Shown in pieces: positions 4,863 through 11,843 of a stretch of 11,963 nucleotides of DNA. The stretch is from an uncultured archaeon (lineage in GTDB: Archaea; Iainarchaeota; Iainarchaeia; Iainarchaeales; CSSED10-239), in the NCBI GenBank assembly GCA_964463155.1, contig CAYXAY010000002.1, positions 40,042 to 52,004 of the forward strand, in the 5' to 3' direction. The notes beneath the pieces were generated by a model that had not been told where the DNA came from, made no database searches, and was given only the letters and a program-made list of their open reading frames with translations. The translations under genes and the position numbers were made by a program. The stretch's first letter is position 1. The number at the start of each line of letters is the position of its first letter.

Positions 4863-5525
4863 TTAAATTTCTATTTCTTGGCCGAAATTTAATGTCATTT
4901 GTTTGATTTCTAGATTTGAAAAGTCCATTAATTCTTTTAGTTTCTCTGGCGTACCTGTGAGTGCTGGAAAGGTCTTGTAGTGCATTGGAATGACAACCAT
5001 TGGCTTTATGGCTTTTATTAAATCAAAGGCGCCATTTGCATCAACTGTATATGTTCCGCCAACAGGAACTATTGCAATGTCGGGATGGAACTTGTTTGCG
5101 ATATCTTTGATATCAAAAAAGTAATCTGTGTCTCCAGCAAAGTAGATTGTATGATTACTTGTTTTAATTATTAAACCGGCTGCAATCCCACTGTCTGAAC
5201 GGTGAACTGCTTTTACAAAAGATATCTCTAGATGTTTGTACTTAATTGTGTCTCCAATTGTTCCAGAGATGATCTTTAGGTTTTCTGTTTTTAATTTATC
5301 TTTAAGCCCATTTTCACAAATGATTGTTGAATTGTTTGCTTTTGCAATATCTAAGGAATCTCCAACATGATCAAAATGGTCGTGGCTAACAAGTATAAGG
5401 TTTGGATGAAAGTCTAAAGGGCTTTCTTTAACAATCGGGTTTTTAGAAATAAATGGATCAATCAACACAGAAATGTTGTTATCAACAAATAAAAAACAAG
5501 AATGGCCGATATATTTTAGTTTCAT
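4863..5525 (-). CDS. metallo-beta-lactamase fold metal-dependent hydrolase (UPF0173-like)
   Basis: 220 aa. MKLKYIGHSCFL..., the HxHxDH motif as SHDHFDHVGD, and downstream His/Asp ligand positions (AVH, GDTDY, PMH). Confidence 0.88.
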   Translation of the reverse strand: MKLKYIGHSCFLFVDNNISVLIDPFISKNPIVKESPLDFHPNLILVSHDHFDHVGDSLDIAKANNSTIICENGLKDKLKTENLKIISGTIGDTIKYKHLEISFVKAVHRSDSGIAAGLIIKTSNHTIYFAGDTDYFFDIKDIANKFHPDIAIVPVGGTYTVDANGAFDLIKAIKPMVVIPMHYKTFPALTGTPEKLKELMDFSNLEIKQMTLNFGQEIEI

Positions 5526-6409
5526 GAAATTATCTTCTCCTTTGTTTTTTCAATGTCTGCGTATTTTGAATACTTCTCTTTTATTGCAGTTATCTGGCTG
5601 TATGGTCCCGTAAAATATAGTCTTCCAACCCGAAGGTAAATTACTACTTCCTTTATGTAAATCTTAAACCTTGTCTGCATAATTATGTCTAGTTTAGATA
5701 GAAGTAATTTTCTTAGGATTTCAATGTCTATTAGTTTTAGAACAAAAACATTGTCTGGTTTTTTTGTAAACTCACAGTGTGTTTCAAAAAGCATTCCTGA
5801 GTTTATGTCTGTCTTGTCACAGTCAATAACAAGTTCTGTTATGTTGTTTGTAATTGACAAATCCTTAATCAATTCAAAGGCGTTGTTATCCAGATTGATT
5901 ACAAATTGATCTTCAAAATTTAGTTCCTTTAATGATTGTATTTGTCTTTCAAGTGATTGCTCAAACTTTGTAAGTCTGCTATTTACATTTGTTTTTATGT
6001 CCTCTAAATCAGAAATGTAAAATGTGGCGCTTGTTTTTCCAATCTTAAGTAGTGTTTGGTCTTCTTTTGATCTTTCTAGAAATATTTGAAAGTTTCTAAC
6101 AATGTCATCAAGATATTGTAAAGATTTTGCGGGGGCTGATTTTTGCAAAAGATCATTTATGCTATTGATATTATTTAGCATCTTGTCTTGAAGCTTTGTC
6201 TCAACTATCTTTTTTCCTTTGTCTGTAATCTCGTAGAAGTCCTCAACCTTTTGTATATACTCAAAAGAAACAAGGTTTTTGATAACTCTTGACAGCGCTG
6301 CTCTTGCAGATTCTACACTTGAATAGTTAGGTATTATTCTTGTAAGTAGTTCATTAAAAGTTGTTTTCTTTTGATTAATCTGCAAAAGAATGGAGTCCAT
6401 TAAAGTCAT
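5522..6409 (-). CDS. hypothetical protein with a predicted N-terminal winged-helix domain and coiled-coil middle region
   Basis: 295 aa. The N-terminal ~75 aa (TFNELLTRI...SVESARAALSRVIKNLVSFEYIQKVEDFYEITDKGKKIVE) has a helix-turn-helix plus beta-hairpin wing pattern. The stop overlaps the MBL start (ATGA, 5522..5525). TTTTTAAA lies about 30 nt upstream of the ATG, so the mRNA is probably leaderless. Confidence 0.6.
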   Translation of the reverse strand: MTLMDSILLQINQKKTTFNELLTRIIPNYSSVESARAALSRVIKNLVSFEYIQKVEDFYEITDKGKKIVETKLQDKMLNNINSINDLLQKSAPAKSLQYLDDIVRNFQIFLERSKEDQTLLKIGKTSATFYISDLEDIKTNVNSRLTKFEQSLERQIQSLKELNFEDQFVINLDNNAFELIKDLSITNNITELVIDCDKTDINSGMLFETHCEFTKKPDNVFVLKLIDIEILRKLLLSKLDIIMQTRFKIYIKEVVIYLRVGRLYFTGPYSQITAIKEKYSKYADIEKTKEKIIS

Positions 6410-6431
6410 ATATAATATTTTAAGGGTTTTG

Positions 6432-6439
6432 TTTAAAAA
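6432..6439 (-). promoter_or_regulatory. candidate TATA box (TTTTTAAA) for the near-leaderless wHTH/MBL operon
   Basis: Its 5' edge is 30 nt upstream of the ATG at 6409, and there is no SD in between. Confidence 0.35.
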
Positions 6440-6458
6440 GCTTTTGAAGTACCATTTT

Positions 6459-6467
6459 ATTATAAAA
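6459..6467 (+). promoter_or_regulatory. candidate TATA box (ATTATAAAA) for the histone-PHP operon
   Basis: It lies about 40-48 nt upstream of the ATG at 6507. The predicted TSS near 6490 would leave a short leader containing the GGGGG SD (6495..6499). Confidence 0.35.
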
Positions 6468-6506
6468 GTGTTAAAATTATTCTAAATTAAATAAGGGGGT
6501 TATTTT

Positions 6507-6716
6507 ATGACAGATTTACCGGTTGCGGCAGTAGATAGACTTATTAGGAAGGCGGGAGCTGAGCGTGTTTCAGAAGATGCAGCCGAAGAACTTAGTAAAA
6601 TCCTTTCGGAGGTAGCTATGGACATATCAAAACAAGCAATTGAACTAGCAAAACATGCCAAAAGAAAAACAATAACTGGCGAAGACATAAAGCTTGCAAC
6701 AAAGACCATGCAGTAG
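6507..6716 (+). CDS. archaeal histone (HMfA/B family histone fold)
   Basis: 69 aa. LPVAAVDRLIRKAGAERVSEDAAEELSKILSEVAMDISKQAIELAKHAKRKTITGEDIKLA aligns along its full length with HMfB ([61 protein letters not shown]). Confidence 0.95.
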   Translation: MTDLPVAAVDRLIRKAGAERVSEDAAEELSKILSEVAMDISKQAIELAKHAKRKTITGEDIKLATKTMQ

Positions 6717-6731
6717 AATTGGAGAAAAAAA

Positions 6732-7559
6732 ATGAACTGTGACTTACATCTTCACACTTATTTTTCAGATGGCTTTCATTCTCCTGAGTATTTGATAGAA
6801 AATGCAGTTTCTAAGAAACTAAAGGCAATATCAATTACAGACCACAATTGTATTGATGCTTTGCCTATAGCAAGAAAAATAGCAGAAAAGGAAAGAATTG
6901 AATTAATTACTGGTGTTGAAATTACTTGCGAAGGCTCAGAAATCCTTGCTTATTTTTTTGATACAGAATATTTGCCATTAAAACAAATTTTGCAGTTTAA
7001 TGCGCAAACGATTGGTGATGTTAATCTTCAAAAGGCATATTGGCTAATTGACAACGGCTATAATATTTCTATTGAACATATAAAATCAATGTTTGGACCT
7101 AATAACAAAATCTTGGGCACACATCTGGCATTGGAATTGAAAAGAATGGGCTATGCTCAAACTCTCCAAGAGGCATTTAATGGAATTATTAAAAAGATTA
7201 AAATAGATTATAAATCAAAAAAATTTACTACAAAAAAAGTAATACATGAGATAATTAATGCTAATGGTGTAGCAGTCTTGCCACATCCGTGGTGTCTTTC
7301 AAAACCTATTATAAATGATTTTGAAAACTATATTTTTAAATTAATGGATTATGGGCTTGTAGGTATTGAGACTACTGGCGCGCATTATCAAGAGCATGAA
7401 AAGTTTATTGAAACCATAAAAGACATTGCAAAAAAATACAAGCTTGTGGAAACTGGCGGCTCTGATTTCCATGGCTTGAATTTCTTTCCAGAAAATGAGA
7501 TTGGAAAATTTAATGTTTCTTATTCTGTTGTTGAGAAACTACGACAGAAAATCATTTGA
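6732..7559 (+). CDS. PHP-domain metal-dependent phosphoesterase (COG0613, TrpH/YciV-like)
   Basis: 275 aa. It has the N-terminal CDLHLHTYFSDG motif, ITDHN, the later HP ligand and C-terminal GGSDFHG. GGAG lies 7 nt upstream of the ATG and only 15 nt separate it from the histone stop, so co-transcription is likely. Confidence 0.88.
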   Translation: MNCDLHLHTYFSDGFHSPEYLIENAVSKKLKAISITDHNCIDALPIARKIAEKERIELITGVEITCEGSEILAYFFDTEYLPLKQILQFNAQTIGDVNLQKAYWLIDNGYNISIEHIKSMFGPNNKILGTHLALELKRMGYAQTLQEAFNGIIKKIKIDYKSKKFTTKKVIHEIINANGVAVLPHPWCLSKPIINDFENYIFKLMDYGLVGIETTGAHYQEHEKFIETIKDIAKKYKLVETGGSDFHGLNFFPENEIGKFNVSYSVVEKLRQKII

Positions 7560-8133
7560 TTTTTTTTTTAAGAAAAGACATTGTTTTGTATTCTACTTGC
7601 GTTATTGACAAATGGGTTGTGTTTATGACTATGTCAAAGACCTTTTTGTCTTTTCCCAAGGTAAAACCATAAAGCTTTTTAAAATGCTTTTTTGAAAAAT
7701 TGTCTTTTTCTTTTAGAAGCTTGTAGGCTTCTTTGTAGGTTATCTTGTCCCTTAACGCCAGTCTTTTTGCTCTTATCTTTTCTGTGCCGTCAAGCCATAT
7801 CTTTATTATCTTTGGATTATCTTTGATTAGATATGGTAGTGTCCAAGAATCAAGAACAAGATTATCTTTTGTTTTTACAAGATTCATCAAGAACTTGTCA
7901 TGCTTTTTGTCAAGGATTTTACTTTTATTTCTTTTCTTGTCAAGACCAGAAAACTCATACCAGCCAGTGTTCATTTTTGTGTTTTCTATTTGAATTTTAT
8001 TTTTAGAAATCCCACAAGCAAATTGATTAAGGATATCTGATGTATGAACATAATTGTAGTTTAGTTTTTTTGCAACAAAGTTTACAAGATAGCTTTTGCC
8101 TGATGCTGAAAAACCGCAGATTAGTATTATCAT
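7552..8133 (-). CDS. cmk: P-loop nucleotide kinase, archaeal-type cytidylate kinase-like
   Basis: 193 aa. Walker A GFSASGKS. The C-terminal half IKIWLDGTEKIRAKRLALRDKITYKEAYKLLKEKD...KKLYGFTL...FDIVINTTHLS parallels archaeal Cmk (IKIWL-A-x-x-x-RA-x-R-x-A-x-R-x-x-I-x-x-EA...ERD...YK-x-x-Y-x-x-D...YDLVI-x-T). The symbol is tentative. Confidence 0.65.
   Translation of the reverse strand: MIILICGFSASGKSYLVNFVAKKLNYNYVHTSDILNQFACGISKNKIQIENTKMNTGWYEFSGLDKKRNKSKILDKKHDKFLMNLVKTKDNLVLDSWTLPYLIKDNPKIIKIWLDGTEKIRAKRLALRDKITYKEAYKLLKEKDNFSKKHFKKLYGFTLGKDKKVFDIVINTTHLSITQVEYKTMSFLKKKIK
7560..7569 (+). terminator. T10 oligo-T terminator of the histone-PHP operon, embedded in the 3' end of the convergent kinase CDS
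   Basis: T10 begins immediately after the PHP stop codon (7557..7559). On the other strand it encodes the C-terminal KKK of the kinase. Confidence 0.5.
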
Positions 8134-8193
8134 AAAAAATCAATATTTAAAAAGATTTAAAAATTGCTTTATTTCTAATTATTAACGACCAAT

Positions 8194-9261
8194 ATGAAAA
8201 TAATATACGGAATTAATGCAGATGGTTTTGGACATGTTACCAGAAGCATACCAATAATCGATCATCTATTAAAGAAAGGACATAAACTTCGTTTTGTAAC
8301 CGATAAGAACATTGCGGGTTTTCTTAAAAAAAGATACCCTAAGATAAAGACAGATATTATTAAACAACCAGTTTTTGTGTATAGTAAAAGTGGGGTAAAA
8401 TTAGTAAAAAGTTTTTTTGGATGGTTTAATACAAAGAACGCAAAGAGCCTTACAAATACTGCAAAAATAGTGTATAAGGAAAGGCCGGACATTATCATTT
8501 CAGACCTGGAAGGGTTTTGTTTGTGGGCAGGAAAAATGCTTGAGATTCCAACTATTGAGATAGATAATCATGCTACAATCTTTAGAGGAGATGTTGAGTT
8601 TAAAGGAAAAGACTGCGGGGATTTCTTCCAGGCAAAAGCGGTTTCAAAACTGGTTTATCCTTTTGCTAATTATTATTTTGGATTGTGTTTTTATAGAACA
8701 AATATCATTAAGAAGAATACAGAAATATTTGATCCAATATTCCGGGATGAAATAAAAAAATATAAACCTAAAAATAAAAACTATATTCTAGTATATGACA
8801 GATTTATGGAAAAAACAACTGTGATTCCTGTTCTTAAAAAAATCAAAGGTCAGATGTTCGTTATTTTTGGATATGATATAAACAAAATAGATGAAAATTT
8901 GGAATTAAAGAAAAGTGAGCCAAACCTCTACAAATATATCTCTGAATGTAAGGCGGTAATAACAAATGGCGGTCATACATTAATGACTGAGGCTATATAT
9001 TTCAAGAAGCCTATCTATGCTGTTCCTATTAAACATCAGTTTGAACAACTGACAAACGCTCATTATCTTGATATTTTGGGCTTTGGAGAATCTCATCGGA
9101 AGATGGATGGTCTTAGTTTACAAAGATTTATTAAAAAAATTCCAATCTATAAGACAAAATTGGAAAAACACAAATATCAGAGTGGAAAGTTATTTTTAAA
9201 AAGACTTGATGAAAAGATTCAAGAACTTGTAAGAAACAACCCAAATTGCTCTTCTAAATAA
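8194..9261 (+). CDS. GT-B fold glycosyltransferase (MJ1255/TIGR00661, Glyco_trans_1_3-like)
   Basis: 355 aa. N-terminal YGINADGFGHVTRSIPIIDHLLKKGHKLRF is the G-x-GH-x-x-R signature. C-terminal ITNGGHTLMTEAIYFKKPIYAVPIKHQFEQLTNA is the GG-x-x-x-x-x-E...P...P...EQ-x-x-NA donor-binding signature. Confidence 0.8.
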   Translation: MKIIYGINADGFGHVTRSIPIIDHLLKKGHKLRFVTDKNIAGFLKKRYPKIKTDIIKQPVFVYSKSGVKLVKSFFGWFNTKNAKSLTNTAKIVYKERPDIIISDLEGFCLWAGKMLEIPTIEIDNHATIFRGDVEFKGKDCGDFFQAKAVSKLVYPFANYYFGLCFYRTNIIKKNTEIFDPIFRDEIKKYKPKNKNYILVYDRFMEKTTVIPVLKKIKGQMFVIFGYDINKIDENLELKKSEPNLYKYISECKAVITNGGHTLMTEAIYFKKPIYAVPIKHQFEQLTNAHYLDILGFGESHRKMDGLSLQRFIKKIPIYKTKLEKHKYQSGKLFLKRLDEKIQELVRNNPNCSSK

Positions 9262-9293
9262 TATTTATAAATATATATATAATAGAGAATAAT

Positions 9294-11003
9294 ATGTTAC
9301 CTGCATTTTTCATAGAAATTAGTATAATAATATTTATTGCGATAATTATTACAACATTAACTAGATTATTAAAGCAACCATTGATTATTGGTTATATTCT
9401 TACAGGAATAATTGTTAGCCCTTATTTGTTAAATATTATAAAAGACAGTTCTTCAATTTCAGTATTTGCACAGATCGGTGTTGCATTGTTGTTGTTTATG
9501 GTTGGTATTAATCTTAATCCTAAGGTCCTAAAAGAAGTTGGAAAGGTTTCTTTATTTACTGGCATTGGACAAATTGTGTTTACTAGTGGTATTGGATTTC
9601 TAATATGTTTGTTACTTGGATTTAATGTAATTACTTCTCTTTATGTTTCTGTGGCTTTGGCTTTTAGTAGTACTATTATTATTATGAAATTGCTTTCAGA
9701 TAAAGGGGCTGTTGATTCTTTATATGGAAAAATATCTATTGGTTTTTTAGTGGTTCAAGATATTGTAGCAATTATAGTTTTGATAATTATTTCGTCTCTT
9801 GGTGGAGCAAACAATTCAACAATGATAACTAATATCTTTATTGGTATTGGATTGGTAATTTCATTATTATTGTTTTCAATATATGTTTTGCCATTATTTC
9901 TTAAATTTGTTGCAAAATCACAAGAATTTCTATTGCTGTTTTCTATTGGCTGGTGTTTGGCTTTAGCTGCTTTGTTTTTTATATTTAATTTCTCTATTGA
10001 AATTGGCGCATTGCTTGCTGGTTTCTTATTGTCTTTTTCACCATACCGGTTTGAGATAAATCTTAAACTTAAACCACTTAGAGATTTCTTCTTGGTTTTG
10101 TTTTTTGTACTTTTGGGGTTACAGATGAGTTTTGGTAATATTTCTAATTACATATTTCCTGTAATCTTGCTTTCAATATTTATATTAATTGGAAATCCAA
10201 TAATTGTAATGATAATTATGGGGTTGTCAGGGTATAAAAGGAGAACTGGATTTATGGCTGGATTAACTGTTGCACAGATTAGTGAATTCTCTTTGATACT
10301 TATCGCTTTGGGAGTTAGTGTTGGACATTTAAACTCAGATATCTTGTCTTTTGTAACAATTATTGGGTTGATCACAATCACGGGCTCTTGTTATATGATT
10401 ATATACTCTGATTGGATATTTACAAAAATATATAAATATTTAAAAATATTTGAAAAGAAAAATGCAAAAGAAGACAAACACATAGCAGAAGAATACAATT
10501 ACATAATCTTTGGATATAATAGACAAGGATATGGGGTTGGAGAATATTTAAAGAAAAAAAACAAGAAATATCTGGTGATAGATCATAATCCAGAAATCAT
10601 AAGGATACTTGTAAGAGATAATATCAACCATATCTATGGGGATGCTTGTAATGTTGAGTTGTTTGATGATCTTAATTTATCTAAAGTTAAGATGGTCATT
10701 TCAACAATTAATGCGGTTTCAATAAATTTGTTTTTGGTTAAAAAGATTAAATCAATTTCTCCTAACATCCTTGTAATTGTTAGTTGCGATGAATTAGAAC
10801 CTGCTCTAGAATTATACAAGATGGGTGCAGACTATGTCATTATGCCTAAATTCTTAAGCACATATGACACAAACAACCTTATACAGACCAGTGATATTGA
10901 TAAAGACAAGATAATTTCTGAAAAGTTCAATCATATTGATTACTTAAAAAACCTAAGATTAAAGAAAGGAGCAAAACACTCATTATCGTTTTTAGAAACA
11001 TAG
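9294..11003 (+). CDS. CPA2-family monovalent cation:proton antiporter with C-terminal RCK/TrkA-N domain (Kef-type)
   Basis: 569 aa. About 12 TM segments with a typical Na_H_exchanger N-terminus (LLKQPLIIGYILTGIIVSP). This is followed by a Rossmann-like IIFGYNRQGYGVGEYLKKKNKKYLVIDHNPE and a later GDA motif. TATA-rich sequence lies about 27 nt upstream with no SD, so the mRNA is probably leaderless. Confidence 0.9.
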   Translation: MLPAFFIEISIIIFIAIIITTLTRLLKQPLIIGYILTGIIVSPYLLNIIKDSSSISVFAQIGVALLLFMVGINLNPKVLKEVGKVSLFTGIGQIVFTSGIGFLICLLLGFNVITSLYVSVALAFSSTIIIMKLLSDKGAVDSLYGKISIGFLVVQDIVAIIVLIIISSLGGANNSTMITNIFIGIGLVISLLLFSIYVLPLFLKFVAKSQEFLLLFSIGWCLALAALFFIFNFSIEIGALLAGFLLSFSPYRFEINLKLKPLRDFFLVLFFVLLGLQMSFGNISNYIFPVILLSIFILIGNPIIVMIIMGLSGYKRRTGFMAGLTVAQISEFSLILIALGVSVGHLNSDILSFVTIIGLITITGSCYMIIYSDWIFTKIYKYLKIFEKKNAKEDKHIAEEYNYIIFGYNRQGYGVGEYLKKKNKKYLVIDHNPEIIRILVRDNINHIYGDACNVELFDDLNLSKVKMVISTINAVSINLFLVKKIKSISPNILVIVSCDELEPALELYKMGADYVIMPKFLSTYDTNNLIQTSDIDKDKIISEKFNHIDYLKNLRLKKGAKHSLSFLET

Positions 11004-11065
11004 ATTTATTTATAAATCTATTTCTCTAAATATATATATTAAATCTTGGACAGGGAAAAAAAGAC

Positions 11066-11485
11066 ATGGGTTATACTGTTAAAGACACTTTATCAGATTT
11101 TAAAAAAATCACACAACTTAACTCTAATTGTGAAGAGTTACATGTAACTAGGGCCTTTTCAAAGAAGAACCTTACAAAAATTCTCGCAAAATGTCAAAGA
11201 CTAAAGACAATAACTATTTCTAATTCCACAAACGAGAGAATCAGTAAAGCTTTAAAGGAATTTATAAAAAAGAAAGGCATTACAATAATGATTAGAAAAG
11301 AACAAGGTAGGCCAATTGATATCAAGGTTGAAAAACTACAAAAAATTTTAAGAGAATACAAAGATTATAGCTATCGCGACCTTGAAAAAAAGCTAGGCAT
11401 TCCTAAAAGCAAGATACACTATTTAATCAAATACTCTAAAAGAAGAAAAATAAAAGACGGAAATAAAATCATCTATCTTAAATGA
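11066..11485 (+). CDS. hypothetical DNA-binding protein with a C-terminal Hin/resolvase-like GRP + helix-turn-helix domain and no recombinase catalytic domain
   Basis: 139 aa. The C-terminus QGRPIDIKVEKLQKILREYKDYSYRDLEKKLGIPKSKIHYLIK follows the GRP-arm plus HTH_7 layout of serine-recombinase DNA-binding domains. The N-terminal ~80 aa lacks the Y-x-RVST-x-x-Q catalytic-serine motif. A T-rich stretch follows directly after the stop. Confidence 0.6.
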   Translation: MGYTVKDTLSDFKKITQLNSNCEELHVTRAFSKKNLTKILAKCQRLKTITISNSTNERISKALKEFIKKKGITIMIRKEQGRPIDIKVEKLQKILREYKDYSYRDLEKKLGIPKSKIHYLIKYSKRRKIKDGNKIIYLK

Positions 11486-11694
11486 TTTTATTTCAAGATG
11501 GTTTTATTTCTTTATTACTGCAGTTTCAGTAGATAAACTCTTTAAAACCTCTGTTTCAGACATATTGTTAACTACGATTCTCTTTGGTAGGTCTTTTGTA
11601 ATTTTTTTAATACTTTCTTCTGTAGTTGACAATTGCTTTAAAATATGATGTGCGAAATACAGATGTGTTGTTATTTTGATAAGTGGTTGCTTGT

Positions 11695-11810
11695 GCAGTT
11701 AAATGAACCAAATCGCTTCGCGATTTAATGTTTATCGGGAGCCCTTATCTGCACACAAGTGTGCAGTATTACAAGCGGGCTCCCTTACTAATTAATTTGC
11801 ATGTAACTGC
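11695..11810. other. nested-palindrome structured element (candidate ncRNA or protein-binding/recombination site), strand undetermined
   Basis: Closing pairing GCAGTTAAATG (11695..11705) with CATGTAACTGC (11800..11810), 10 of 11 bp. Hairpin AAATCGC-TTC-GCGATTT (11710..11726). Outer stem GGGAGCCC (11737..11744) with GGGCTCCC (11777..11784), enclosing the perfect palindrome CTGCACAC-AA-GTGTGCAG (11749..11766). T8 follows on the plus strand (11817..11824). The element is GC-rich relative to its surroundings. Confidence 0.4.
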
Positions 11811-11843
11811 TCATACTTTTTTTTCCTTCGTTAATATATTTTC

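Noticed and set aside
5685-5909. 74-aa plus-strand ORF
   Set aside because: It is antisense within the 295-aa wHTH protein CDS.
6500-6709. 69-aa minus-strand ORF
   Set aside because: It is the exact antisense shadow of the histone gene, which has an unambiguous full-length match.
7745-7993. 82-aa plus-strand ORF
   Set aside because: It is antisense within the kinase CDS.
8262-8755. Track ORFs 8262..8498 (-) and 8570..8755 (+)
   Set aside because: Both are nested in the glycosyltransferase CDS in other frames or on the other strand.
10148-10819. Track ORFs 10148..10381 (-) and 10634..10819 (-)
   Set aside because: Both are antisense within the CPA2 antiporter CDS.
11695-11810. Interpretation of the structured element as 5S rRNA, an H/ACA guide or a C/D box sRNA
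   Set aside because: The size and three-way junction superficially recall 5S, but the arm lengths and loops do not fit: a 2-4 nt loop sits where loop C should be about 12 nt, and there is no CCGAAC-type loop sequence. For H/ACA, the upper stem has no K-turn or K-loop, one pocket strand is only 4 nt, and no ACA directly follows the lower stem. No RUGAUGA/CUGA box pairs are correctly spaced for C/D.
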